From: the human T2T-CHM13v2.0 reference genome, Homo sapiens
Length of the DNA stretch: 64,000 nt
Direction: 5' to 3' (one strand)
Assembly: GCF_009914755.1 (NCBI RefSeq)
Contig: NC_060929.1
The position numbers and the translations under genes are program-made. The notes under the pieces are model-generated. The model was not told the DNA's origin. It worked only from the letters and a program-made list of their open reading frames with translations, and did not search any database. Below, in pieces: positions 44,216 to 61,325 of this stretch (position 1 is its first letter; the number at the start of each line of letters is the position of its first letter).

Positions 44216-47202
44216 TATGCCACTTGGTCAGACATGTTTAATATTGCAACATACACAAGGATTTATAAAAGAGGTTTTAGCCTTTTTCACCAAGCATGGA
44301 GGGAGGGGAACGCTCACTCTTACTTCCTCCATCCAAACTTCCTGCATTCTATGATATGCCCTGTGCACTTACCACAGAAATCTCAATTATTTGGCTTAAT
44401 GGAAGGAATCAGGAGTGTGGAAAATCTAAAACAGAAGCTAAGGCCCAAATTTTTAGTTTAATTTTATCATGGAGAAAGAGAAACACTCATTGATGGAATG
44501 ACACACATTCAAATAGCTACACAATCACATAATTCCCTCAGACCTTGGCAAGATGTGCCCTGTTTTTGACAGCCTGGGATCCAGCTGGGAGCAGGGAAAG
44601 CAAAAATCCCCCAGAGAGTAAATGACTCAAGGATTACCCATGCTTACTGTGTGCACAGCGTCTTGGAAATCGGTCTCATGCCTTAAAGTACAGCTTCTTT
44701 TGCCTAAGGATAGGCTTCAAGCCTCTTGTCAAGTTCTGTTGTAATTGTTATCATGTTTAAATTCAAAAAGAGCAAGGAATCTTCAATGTGACAATCTCTG
44801 TGTCACCTTTTTTTTTTTCTCTCTAAAATACCTCTCCTACTACCTGGCAAGTTTTGTTTTAATTCCTCAGTCAATGACTCAGTCTTTCGAGTGAAAACAC
44901 TGACTCTGCAGGAGATCTCAGCTAAAATGCAAAGATTCCCTTTTAGTCACTGGCACATTAATGTGAATTAACAATAAGGTTAGTTCATTTCTTAGAAATG
45001 AGATATAAGGAAAATACCTTTTATTGGGGATATGAGTGAGGAGAGGGATTAGAAAAATAGGCAGCTCAGAGTCACAAGCTCAAATGCTTTCAGGGGCAGA
45101 ACAGGCTGCATAGAGGGCAACAGGGAGTGGTAGAGCTTGTGGTATACTAGAGAGTAAGCCTCACCTAAAGATATTCACATTTAAAACTTTTAAGAACATT
45201 GTGCTGACCAAGTAAAACATGCCTGTTGGTTGAAATGGCTGTTGGTCCATCAGCTTGCCACCTGAAATCCAGAGTATAAAGCCAAGAGGAGGCAGTAGCA
45301 TTGGGTAGACCAGGTGAGATGCTGTAAAGACCTATGCCTGGGCCAGGAGAAGACAGCTGCGGATGCTTAAGGAGCCACATGTTTGTGTGATAGCTGTGTG
45401 CAGGGACCAGGGGCATGCACACTTCATACCTGAGCATAGGGTAACTCACCCCAGCAGCCAACTACCATTTGGATCACCTGTGGGAGTCTCTGGAACGATG
45501 AAGCTATTCTTCTGGATCAGACACCTTGGAGCCAAACCTTCTGATAATTTTTAAGGACCAAAAGTCCAGGATCCTAGGGAGGCTGCACATCTGGAGAGTA
45601 GTTTTCAAAACTAATCAGTCTGAGTTCAAACATGTTAGAGGGCAGAGAAGTCAGAATGCTTCCTCCACTCAGCAGGTCCCCTTCTCACCCTGCCTCTGTA
45701 TCTTGAGTAATTTAAAGTGAATGGGCTCAGCACAAGCCAAATAGGGATCTGTCAACCTGATACTGTCTCAGAGATAGAGCTTTGGACAAAGCTAAAAAAT
45801 GTTTTCTAAATAAAGGGGTTGGACTGAGATGAAAGGGGCAAAAAGAAAAGAAAGTAAATAAAGTGAGTTCAATATGGTCATTCCCACTGTTAGGGCAAGT
45901 TCTCAGTTCTGTACCCAGCACAGTCCCTGGCACATTGTCAGTAATCAGAAAATACTTCTGAGCAACAACATCTGGGCTTCAATTAAATCACCTATTGAGG
46001 GACAGCCCTTTCCTCCAGATGCATCTGCATTTAGTGTGGGCCTCACGTGAATCAGTCTCAGCTGTGTTTCCAGCAGAGGTCTCTGGTTTATCTCTGCTCA
46101 CAATGGAAATGCAGTATCAAAATCTAGAATCCTATTGTTTTATTGGCTTTTGAAATTGAAAAGCATCTGATTCATCCCAGATATTTATGGACTAGCAAAC
46201 TATACTGGTTACCATTCACACTCCATCTGAGAGACAAAGTACACATTGACATATATGGTCAGTTCTAGGCCCAGTTGTGAGACAGGGTAAGGATTGTCAT
46301 GTCTATCTCCCCCGTGGTCACCATTTTTTAATTCTACATGTTGTGACTTGTGTTATTACAGATTAATGATTACAACCGTATGGTTGGAAAGTGTCTGAAG
46401 GTAGGAGTGCCTTTTTCTGATTTGCTCCAAGTCACGGTTCAGGCTTACAGGGGCTATTTCCCTTGCAGGATGTTCTATTACCTCTGGGTGCCCTGAGTTC
46501 TCTTTGACTCTTAGGTTAATGAATAACCTCAAATGAACACAGGGAATATGGCTATTTTGATGTAGGGATGATGCAACCTACAAAATGTAGGTTTGATGTA
46601 CGGATGATGCAACCTACAAAAAAAAAAAAAAGACCATTAAACTTTCTGCATTTAAAAAAATATTTCCAAGGAATGTACAAAGCATGTTACTTGGGAGAAG
46701 GACACAGGCGTTTCATTTGCATACATATTTAGTAATAACATAGTTTACATTTTGATGTGGCTCTTTGGCAAAGGCCCACTAAAATGACCTCATCAAAAAG
46801 AACAGGCTTACTGCTTTTGTAATGGTTACAGATAAATCCAGCAAATTACTGCCTTCCAATGTGTGAATGCAGGAGGCTTCCTTTATTCCCTGGTAGCAGA
46901 TGGGTAATTGTTCTTGTGCCCTTCTAGAGCCAAAGTTCTCAGCTCTCTCTTTTTGAGCTGAATGACCCTAAAGAAAATAATTGTAGGCTGGAGGGTAGAC
47001 AAGGGCAAGCACAAGGAAAATATAAAGGAATAAATGGTGTGACACAAGGGGAGCCTTTCAGTATCCCTAAAATCAACTGTAGATGAGGACTAACTGAATT
47101 TATATGTGTTTTGTGCATATATACACACATACACATTTACATACTAATGAACTTTGAAGTGCCTCATATGTTGGAAGATAAGAAACTGGTCAGTTATGTT
47201 TC

Positions 47203-48004
47203 TTTTTTTTTTTAGTTATACTTTAAGTTCTAGGGTACATTTGCACAACGTGCAGGTTTGTTACATATGTATATATGTGCCATGTTGGTGTGCTGCACCC
47301 ATTAACTCGTCATTTATATTAGGTATATCTCCTAATGCTATCTCCCCCTCCCCCAATCCCACGACAGGCCCCAGTGTATGATGTTCCCCACCCTGTGTCC
47401 AAATGTTCTCATTGTTCAATTCCCACCTATGAGTGAGAACATGCGGTGTTTGGTTTTCTGTCCTTGTGATTGCTGAAAATGACGGTTTCCAGCTTCATCC
47501 ATGTCCCTACAAAGGATATGAACTCATACTTTTTTATGGCTGCACAGTATTCCATGGTGTACATGTGCCACATTTACTTAATCCAGTCTATCGTTGACGG
47601 ACATTTGGGTTGGTTCCAAGTCTTTGCTATTGTGAATAGTGCTGCAATAAACATACGTGTGCATGTGTCTTTATAGCAGCATGATTTATAATCCTTTGGG
47701 TATATAACCAGTAATGGGATGGCTGGGTCAAATGGCATTTCTAGTTCTAGATCCTTGAGGAATCGCCACACTGTCAGTTTAATTAGATCCCATTTGTCAA
47801 TTTTGGCTTTTGTTGCCATTGCTTTTGGTGTTTTAGACATGAAGTCCTTGCCCATGCCTATGTCCTAAATGGTATTGCGTAGGTTTTCTTCCAGAGTTTT
47901 TATGGTTTTAGGTCTGACATTTAAGTCTTTAATCCATCTTGAATTAATTTTTGTATAAGGTGTAAGGAAGGGATGCAGTTTCAGCTTTCTACATATGGCT
48001 AGCC
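47203..48004 (-). mobile_element. 5'-truncated L1PA with ~400-bp internal deletion
   Basis: L1PA 3'UTR and ORF2 end; 23-bp TSD aagaaactggtc(a/g)gttatgtttc at 47180-47202 and 48005-48027. Confidence 0.95.
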
Positions 48005-48499
48005 AAGAAACTGGTCGGTTATGTTTCAAACAGACAAGATGCCATGCACGTGGGTGCAGAGGAAGAGTCCTGCTTTTATGTTATTCATCTCTGGCTGCAG
48101 GGCTCAGGTCCTGAAACTCTAGGGTTGAGTTTTCTTGATGAAATCTTATGTAAATGGGGTTGCTTCCTAATGGACTTTCTCCTACAAAAAATTTAATGTC
48201 CTGAAAAAAAAGTCTTGATAAAATATTTTCTAATTTTCTCTAGGTCTTTTTATTTGTTTTCTTTTATGGTTATATGCTTTGTTTTTTGAACTAGGAAAAC
48301 TTCTTGGGAGATAAATTAAAGAGTTTAGAATAGAGATCATTTGAAATATTCCCTAGCTCCTGGCAAAAATAACTAAAATACATTACTTGATTCTGGAATT
48401 TCTTTTACAACGTGTACTGCTGACTTTTAACTGACTGCATTGCATGAGCATGGCAATGCAAAAATACTCCACTAAACTGTATCTGCACTAGTGTTTTTA

Positions 48500-49194
<695 letters not shown>

Positions 49195-49305
49195 CATTCA
49201 TGGTTTTTTTACTGTGACTTCAGAGCTTTAGTGTAGGCAGAACCAATTTGCATTTCTCCAATATGGGATAACCAAGATGGTTTAGTGTATAAAAATTGTA
49301 TCAAG

Positions 49306-49580
<275 letters not shown>

Positions 49581-50995
49581 TTATAAATTGTCCCATCTGG
49601 CCCATTTCTTAATCTGATTGTGTCTCAAAGATATGAAGTCCTCATCCTTGCATTCAGGACTCAACACAATCCCCAAAATTGCCCTCTCTCTATCCAAAAC
49701 AGCATAACACCTTAACTTGACTGATGCAGCTCTCTTATAGAAAGCCCTTCCTTTTAGTATTATTTGTCAAATCTCCACCCCACTGTTCTGACAGGAGGAT
49801 GAAGTCTGGGATCTGGACCAAGGTGGAAAGGCAGAGGGCCAGGGGAGACACTTAGAACATGTTGCGACCTTCAACTGTTTTCTCAAGGTCTAACCACTCG
49901 TGTTTCCATCCTATGTGGAACAGATTGATCCTCACTTGTACACTTCCTCTAAGCAGCCTTCTTGTTTCCATTATGGGCATTATAGCTTTCATGTTCACAT
50001 ACTACAGTACTATTAAACAGTTGTTGAAAGGGTCGTGTTGTTTAGCAGCTTGGCTGAGGGAGTTCTCCTCTCTCCTGTACAGTTCTGCCATTCAATAAAC
50101 CCACTTCAGATATTATCCACTTCATTGGCTTCTGATCAAAACACTTCCCTTTCTTTCTGCTTCAGACTCTTGTGGCACTATGTCCCCATATCATGACACT
50201 TACACATTTTGGCTTGTAAATTAATAGTTTATATGTTTGCCTCCATAACTAAGGAGAGTTAAGGATTGGGATTCCCCACAACCTCCAGCTTGGTGCTGGA
50301 GGAAGTAGATGAATGAAGGCATGGAGACAGCAAAATTGAGGACTGTGGCCTCTAGCATGGGGAATAGTGTCCAGTTTGGCGTGGCTCAAAGATGTGATTC
50401 ATGGGGCTAAGACTGGCCATGGCTGAAGTCTATATGAAGTGTTGGACTTTAGTCTGTAGCCACAGAGAACCATAAAATTACTGACATCATATTAGATAGG
50501 CCAAGTTTGCACAAAACAGTCAAGAGGCGGGGGGTGGAGATAGTTGAGAAGATGAAAATTATATGGCAATATGTCAAGCCAGCTAGAATGGGCAATACAG
50601 GATCCAAAGGATGGCCTGCTTCATCCACCCACCAAATTATCCTTTTGACCACCACTTTTCAAAATAAGATGACTAGTACCATACAGCCGCACTTGGTTAC
50701 TTGTGAGTTCATTTTTTGACTAATGCGTTCAGGTGTGGGAAACAGCCTAGACTAAAATATCTGTAAAAGCTGGATTTAGGATTATCTTATGGTGGAAATG
50801 AACTCATGCTAAATCTTGTTCTCAGACTATTTTTCCAGACATTTGTTACTGCTTTTTAAAGTAATGGAGCAGAATTCTAGGATTTCAATTATGTTTCATC
50901 ATACAAGTATTTAACTGATATGTATTCAACCATAAACAATTAGCAAAATAAAATAGTATTGGAATAACGTAACTTAAAGTACCGTATTTTTATTT

Positions 50996-51894
50996 TGTAT
51001 TTAAAAGGAAAACCTTTTCTATTGACAACACTTCTGACACCAAATGTGTGGATTTTTTCCCCCACAGCAACAACCAGTTCTCTAGTTCTCCAGACAACTG
51101 CGTGTTGTCCCAGAGTTAGTGCAGACCTCAAAAGTTGAGGGCTCAGTCTCACAAGACTGCCCCCCAGCTTCAGAAGCCAATCTCCACTACTGGGACGCCA
51201 GGTTACTCACACTTCTGTCAACTTGGCTAAAAACTGGATTTCCCATGATCCTCCCTTCACGCTTAATAATTTGCTATAACAGCTCACAAAACTCAGGGAA
51301 ACACTTCATCGTGTTATTTATGTTACCAGTTTACTACAAATGATACAGATGAACAGCCAGATGAATAGGTACACAGGGCAAAGTACGGGGTTAGGGGTGG
51401 TGTGGAGCTTCTGTGACCTCTCTGGGGTCACCACACTCCCAGCACCTCAATGGATTTGCCAACATGGAAGCTCTTTGAAACCCTTCATTTGGAGTTTCTA
51501 TGGAGGTTCCATTTCACAGAGATAATTGATTAAATCATTGAACATTAGTGATTATCTCAATCCCCAGCCCCTCTTCCCTCCTCAGAGGTCAGCGAGTAGA
51601 GCTGAAATTTCCAGCCCTCTGATCAGGCCTTGGTCATTCTGGCAACCAGCCCGAATCTTAAAGCTGTCTGGGCGGTCCTAGCCACCAGTCATTCATTAGC
51701 ATACAAAAAGACATTCATCACTCCCGGGGATTCCAAAAGTCTTAGAAGCTCTTGTTTCAGAAACAGGGAAAAGGACCAAATATAATTTTAAAAGCTCCTA
51801 TCACCCCTGTCACTCAAGAAATTACAAGGGTTTTGAGAACTCTGTGTCAGGAAGTAGGTGCAGAGACCAAATATGCATTTCTTATTATGCCACA
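50996..51894 (-). mobile_element. MER21-family LTR
   Basis: acttctgacaccaaatgtgtgg...gggctcagtctcacaagactgcccc...gcagagaccaaatat...ttattatgccaca. Confidence 0.8.
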
Positions 51895-52597
51895 GCATTG
51901 TAATTTTATGCTATGCAAAGCTGTATTCATTCCTAATATTAATTCTAATTCCAACTACTAGTTTGTTATAATATTAAACTATATTATATATATAATCTTT
52001 GAATATCTTTTATGAGTTATTTAAGGAATTTGCAGAAAATAATTTAGTCTGCATTATTTTACCTTTAAGGCTGATTTTATTACCCAATCCAGATTAGCTT
52101 TTGACTCCAGAGCTGATTTTTTTATTACTTTTTATTATAAAAATGATACAAATTCATTATAAAAATCCAAGCCATTAGGAAAGTATAAAAGTTACCCCAC
52201 ACTCCCCTAATTTGACCTTAGTGAGTATCATTCCAGGCATCTGTGTACACAGACATATGTAAGTAGACACGTATATGTTTTCATAGAAGTGAGGTTATCA
52301 GTAGAGATAAATTTAAATTACTTGCATTTGACAAAAAGGCACCAAAGTGAAACTAATAATTTTGCTGAACTGTAGGATAATATTTCTTCACTAAAAGTTT
52401 AGTTTTTAAAAGGACCCACTAAAGTTAAAAACAGTAATTATTAAAGTATTTGCAAAACATTAACTTCAAACTTTAATTTTACACTGCTTCAATTGACTGT
52501 TTCACATGAAAAGTGAGGAATTTAATGTCATTAACTTATTTGTACTGCTCCTTCCCCTGCCAATTTTGATAATTAATTTTATATTCTCTTCTCTATA

Positions 52598-52900
52598 CTT
52601 TTTTTTTTTTTTGAGACAGGGTCTCACACTGGTGCTCACAGTGGAGTGCAGTGGCACGATCACAGCTCGCTGCAGCCTCAACCTCCTGGGCTCAGGTGGT
52701 CCTCCCACTTCAGGCTCCTAATAGTTGAGAACTATAGGCACGTGCTACCATGCCCAGCTAATTTTTATATTTTTTGTAGAGATGGGGTCTCACTAGATTG
52801 CTCAGGCTCAGGCTGGTCTCAAACCCTTCGGCTCAAGCAATCTACCTGCCTTGGTCTCCCAAAGTGCTGGGATTACAGATAAGAGCCACTGGGCACAGCC
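52598..52900 (-). mobile_element. AluJ
   Basis: gagacagggtctcac...gcagcctcaacctcctgggctca. Confidence 0.92.
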
Positions 52901-53607
52901 TCTACAATTTCTATAGTTATATTGCCTTCTATGATTTAAGTGGATTAATTGCCACTCTTTGAGTCACAATCTCTATATTTTTTAGCTTTTTTGTTGTTTC
53001 ATCCCTTGATTTCTTATATTAACTAATGTTTTTCAAAGAGGATCAGGGGTAGAGTGGCTATATCATGTATTTATTATACAAGGACTTTTCAGGGAGTAAA
53101 AGAGCAGCTATTAATATTAGCCAAGACAACAGGTATATAATAAGACTATTCTAGGCAAAACAGTGCTTAGAATCACCCTAAAGCCAGATATGGTGCCAAG
53201 TTCTTGAATGCTTCAACTCAGAACTTTCTGAGCCATTTAAACAGTGCCAAATGGCCCCTTTAACAATGAATCATCTATTGGAAGAGAAAGTTTGGCTCTG
53301 TCTAAAGGCCCAATAGCTCACTTCCTGGGGCTAATAGACAGGTTTTAGGGAATCTACCAATCAGTCGATATCATATCCACAGTTCTGTATACATATGCAT
53401 TTTTCTGGGGAGATCACTGTTACACTAATCAGATTTTCAAAGGCTATTGCTCCATAAACATTTCTTACCAATTTCTATTTCATGAGGTGATGCTTGGATC
53501 ACATTCTCTGAACTCCCTTGTAAATAACATCACAGAACTATACTTTCACACTATAAGTTATCACTTCGTATCTTCTGTATAATTAGTATAAGAAGTGAAC
53601 AAATGTG

Positions 53608-53944
<337 letters not shown>

Positions 53945-56399
53945 CTAGTAATGACTTCCATTTTAGTTTTCATCATGTCTTTTATTAAAATTCATAAATT
54001 CATGCAATAAATTTAGTGCTAGGAATATTTTTTTCCTTCTGACCAATTGTCATACTTCTTTCTATAAACAATATTAGTTATTGAGTTGTGTATTTCACAG
54101 TGGTTTCCTTTTAGCCTGTGCTATCAGAGAGGTCATCTAGAGAAATCTGAATCTATCTGAAATGTAGGTATTCTAGTCTCGGTTTTCTGAAACAGCTATG
54201 TCCATTCCTCTTTTATCCAAACCTCTCTTAAGGTTCTCCAACAAATCAGCCTCTTTTCTTGGTCCTTAATCTTTCTCCCCTGCTTCAATAGTGATATTAT
54301 GACTATTTATTTCAATCAGTAACAATGAAGGGATGGATGCCAGGTTATATACAATAATTAGGATAAAAGTTGTTAAATATCCACTTCCCTGTGTGTTACA
54401 CAAACCTGGCCTAAAGCATTGAACATGAAGTGTTCCTGACAGAGAAAAGAGATTAACAGAAAGAAAAAGATGCTGTGTGGAAAATAATATGATAATTCCA
54501 AATAGTGGCCAGCAAAATAATTGAAAACATATGAAAAGTTAGTGGATTCAAGTTAAAAGTTTTCCCTAAAATGTTCAAGTGCCTGTCTGTATCTAGCCTA
54601 AATCAACTTTCCCAGGAAACTGAGAGCACAGAAACAAAATTGTGATGAGCCCTGATAGATTTTTATGCACACTTACATAGATTTAGTGACTAACTTTTTG
54701 TAAAAAAAGTCTTTTACCTTGATGTTAGAAAAGTAATGCCACATCAGCAAAATACTATCTATCTGAAATGTTACAGGGAAAACTGTTGATCTAATTCTTT
54801 GCTCTTCAGCAACCTCAGACTTACCGACTTCCTCTTTGCCTTTCTTGGATAACGCTTTCCTGGAGTTGGCTGGTCCCGGCAAGGGCCTCCATAGACAGGG
54901 CCCCCTGCCCTCACATAACCTCCTCAGCCACCCTTCCACTGCCCTCCTTACTCTGTTATGCCATGCCACTGAAAGCTACAGACTGCACATTTGCTAAGAG
55001 GGGGCCTTCTGCTGGTTCTGCCAGAGCTACAGTCTCTTCTTTCCGTTCCTTCTCTCCATCCCCCACATATCCACTTCTATCTGAAAAAGGCCCAATAGGA
55101 AAACCTTGGACTGGAGATAGAGGCCAAATAGGAAAACCTTGGCAGCTGGGGCAGTGGCAATAACCACAAGTTGGAGATTGCTCAGCTTTCCCTGGAAGTT
55201 TCAGACTGACAATTGTAAAATCAATGAAAAATAAAATAGGTCTTCTTATCTCTGTTCAGACCCACGTGGATGTATTTTTCTCTTCTGCTGTGGCTGGGTT
55301 GTTTGCGCTTCACTAGAGCATGGCTTAGGAGTAAGATGCTCAAAACCTAAGAATATGGAGTATATTGCAGGTTCAACTGAAGTTCAACCACAAATATAGA
55401 GCATGGGAGAAGCTTTAGAAAATGTAATATAGAACATCTTCACCTTTTTATGGTATTAATTTTCTCCCACATCCATTTCAGTTGTTCAGTATGTGTCTTC
55501 TGACCTCTGTGTCTGCCTGTTTTCTTCTAACTTTCCTTCCAAAGGAAATCTGACGGTGACACGAATGTCTTCATTTATGACCCATGCTATTTATTGTGCT
55601 TATATGTGTGGTTAAATACTGGATTTGGCTCATACTTTCCATGTGGAATTTTATTAAATTCACTATTTTCAAAATGAAAAGAATAACTTCTCATTTTAAA
55701 CTAAAAATCTGCATTTAATTAACCTTTCCAGTAAATAAACATGTTAAAAAAATAGTAAGAAACATTTAAACATCTTGAAAATTTTTCCTTATGCTTTGTA
55801 CTTTCTCTTAGGTCTTTCTTGAATTTCTCAAATATTTTTCATGCCACTTTTGAATTGTTAGAACCTACCATATGGCTAAGAAAAAGAAGGATAAATAACT
55901 ATTTAGTTATTTTGATAAATGTAGACAGTTTATTGGCATAAGTTAATATAAAATAATAGAAAAAAATTCCACTTCAAATAATACCCTTTTTATAAAAACT
56001 TCAATCATCCAGGGAGTCACTTTATTTTCCCTTTTTGCTTCGTCTATGTTAACTGTGGATTTATTCATCTAAAATCTCTTTTTATGCCTGGTAATCAGAA
56101 ATCATAAATGTGTTTCCTTCTGGTTTTGATATTGGTCTGTGAAAAGTGAAAGTCCCAATAGTTATAGTTAGAAGTAGGCTGATTCTAAGACATACACATT
56201 AACCAAGTTTTATTTCCCCAATGGAGACCACACAATCAGCTTAATTTATTTCTGTTTTCATGCCACCTGGTGCTACTAAAGAGCATATTGAAAAAAAGTC
56301 ATTTAATTCCAACAAAATTTCTTGCAGCTTCAGGTAACTAGGTCTTTTCCATTATTCAGTGAATATTCTTCCCTAATTGAATCATTACTACATTCCCCA

Positions 56400-57330
56400 G
56401 AGTGCATAATCCCAGCATCTTTCACTATTTCCCAGAATTCAAATCTCTTCATTCTCTGAAGATCACTTTATCTCATACTTAGAAGACTAAGTCCATGTAT
56501 GTGAGCACCACCAATTCCTCACTTCTCTACAAACACCTTTTCCCTTTCTCTAACTTTTCCTTTTTCCCTTTTCTCAGAAGCTGACACCTCCAATTGTGCC
56601 CTTAATCTCATCTTCTACTGCCTCCTCTGTAATTTTTAATTATCCTATTTTATTGTGGGCCTATACTCTTTTCCTCTCTGCCTAAGGCATCCCTATCCTA
56701 TAAACAACAACAAAACAAAGCTTTCTTTTACTTTGCTTGTCTCTCAAGTTTCTTTTCTGCAAGTTTTTTGAAAGTGTATTGTTCTCTTCCTTGACATAAT
56801 TTTTAACTCCTAACAATTTAGCTTTTACCCTTACCACTCCTTTGGAACTAACCTCTCAAAAGTCACTGGTATGGAATCCACTGATAACTCCATCTAATAG
56901 CCTTTACTCAGCCCCTCATCACTCTTTGCAGCATCTGACAAGGCTGATGACACCATATTTCTGGAAACCAGAAATGTTTCCAGAATCTTTTGTCTGCATG
57001 CCCTGTTTCTTTAACTGCAAATTTGAACCTTTCTCTGTGTTTTCTGGCTATAATTTCCCTTGTCCAATATCCCTACTATAAATATTCTCCCAAGAATTTT
57101 TCTCCATATATTCTTTACATACTCCTATCTATAGAATTTTCATGGTTTTAAACATTTTTTTTCTGTGTGAATAGCTCTGAAATAAATGAATACTGAATTT
57201 GCAGGCCTGTATTTCCTGTTTTGGCTGGACTTATTTATTTAAATTCTACAATTATGTCAAACTCAACAGATCCAGAACAAAATCAATGTTTTTCTCCTTC
57301 TCTAAATTGCCTTTCTGTATTTATAAGTTT
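56400..57330 (+). mobile_element. Degenerate L2 fragment
   Basis: ccactcc...gaactaacctctcaaaagtcac...gcagcatctgaca...tcaaactcaacagatccagaac. Confidence 0.6.
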
Positions 57331-57819
57331 TATTTGTACTCTGTGCAAGTCTTTTGTACAGCTCTATCCTCAGATTTAGACAGGCCCTGGGTTCCTAAAA
57401 TGGTAGAGGCTTCTGTCAATGCCCCTTCCTCTCCCCAGTGTCAGATTGTCACCTCCTATAACTGAGTGTAAGACATGGTGGGTAGGAGAGTATACACAGA
57501 CGGTCCCTGCATGCCTGCACCTTACAGGGGCTTATGCTCAGCTACTCTGCCCTTTTCTTGTGGCAGAAAATTATGTCTCATATAAAGTTTGGAGCTTGGA
57601 GGCTTTTTCTTGGTACTATTGATCTATGTTCAAACTTAGGTAGGCCTTTTAGTTCATCTATTTATCTTGCAACTTTGAGTCTCCAATGGGCTCAAAAATT
57701 ATGATTCTGTAAGCTATTCAATTTGTTCTCATTGTTTAGGTGGAAGCAATGATTCTTGTCCTTTTCTATATCCTAGACAGAAGCTGAATTTCCCTATTGC
57801 ATCTTATCCTTAACTCTCC

Positions 57820-58190
57820 CATAGATTTGGTTCTCCTAAGAACAAGAAAACTAAGAATTTGAGTTCAAGTAGTTTATTTGGGAGGTGATCTCAGGATACC
57901 CCAGTAAAGGAATAGGAAGAGAGACAGGGAAGAGAACAAAGCCTAGATAGTGTGTTAACAAGCGACTGTGGTACAATCACTCTGGGGACTTCTGGAAGAC
58001 TATATGGAATCAACCTTGGTGAGGAAACTGGGTATTTATTCGCTAACTCTCATCTGCAATTGATGAGCTGTTCTGCTGTGGGCAGAGCCTACTCCAGATC
58101 AAAAAAGGCAAAGAATCACAAGTGCTTGCAGTAGAAAGTTGTTGACATGATCCCAATGTGGGCGGGCATAATAGTGTTAACAATGTCTGT
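57820..58190 (-). mobile_element. Old MLT1-type LTR
   Basis: gaatttgagttcaagtagtttatttgggaggtgatctcagga motif. Confidence 0.6.
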
Positions 58191-58601
58191 TATAAACTTT
58201 CCATTGACATTTATTACTTTTCTTCTCAGATATATGGGTGTACTCAAGCCTGGTGTTATTGAGAAGAGGAATTATGCCTGATTTATCTTTGTATTCTCCC
58301 AGCATAGTAACTTGGATAAAATAGTCAGAAGGCAATCAATCAATATTAAATGAGAAAATATAATTTATATAGTACCAATATGAAGAATTCTGGTTAGCTC
58401 TTTTTTATTTCCTCTGAAGCCATGTCCTCACCTCAATCCCAGTTACTCAAATAATATAGTTTAATCTTTTAATTGCCAAAAAGATAAAGTCACCAGGCTA
58501 GTGGGGATTTTTTTAAATCATGTTGATTTTCCAGCTAACTTAAATGTGGTATAATTTTAAAATATGATTTCCAAATCTAAGCTTTATCTAACAGACATTT
58601 T

Positions 58602-60636
<2,035 letters not shown>

Positions 60637-61084
60637 TAAACTAATAAGAGCAGAAGTATTCTTTTTTCACTTGTTCAAACGACCAAAATCAACAACATTT
60701 CTTGCCTTGGTTACAGACAAATAAGAAAAACAGTTCTGAAATGCCTGTCCAAAGAATTATCTTCTGATGCTGAGACATAAAGACACTATGTCCTGGCAAC
60801 ACTGTGCATGAGAGGGACCTATGGGAATTTGCTGTATTCTCCAAAAGTTTCTTTCATACATCATCAAACCCTTTGAATGTAAAATAAATAATAAAATACT
60901 TAAAAAATAAAAATGAATAAAACTTAAAAAAATATGAAACTTAAAAAAAACCTTTGGGAACATCCAAAGTCATGTTTCCAAATATGAATGTGTCTTGGTG
61001 TTCATAGAGCAGGGATACCAAACTCGAATTTTCACCAGGTCCACTAGTCAGGTTATAACATTGAGTAAACTGGTCCATGTGTGC

Positions 61085-61325
61085 ACCAAAGGGGAGGTAA
61101 GGACTATGATGCGCTGTGGAGCATCAGCTCGCTCTATAGGAGACAAGCAGCTGCCCAGTTCCAGCTGGCGTTATCATTAAGAAATTTAGTCCAATGTACT
61201 CATATCTTTCAATAACACAAAACAAACTAGAAATCTAGACATCTATTTTAAATGTCCAGAATTTTTCACATTTAATCATTTGTAAAGCATGGTGCAAACC
61301 AAATGAAACTGAAACTACACTGCCA
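61085..61325 (+). mobile_element. Degenerate MER103C-like hAT element
   Basis: Weak resemblance (ctagaaatctagac...taaagcatggtgcaaaccaaatgaaac). Confidence 0.4.

Noticed and set aside
55089-55142. 21-bp direct repeat ggcc(c/a)aataggaaaaccttgg twice
   Set aside because: Two copies only, a simple local duplication; not a CRISPR-like or functional array.
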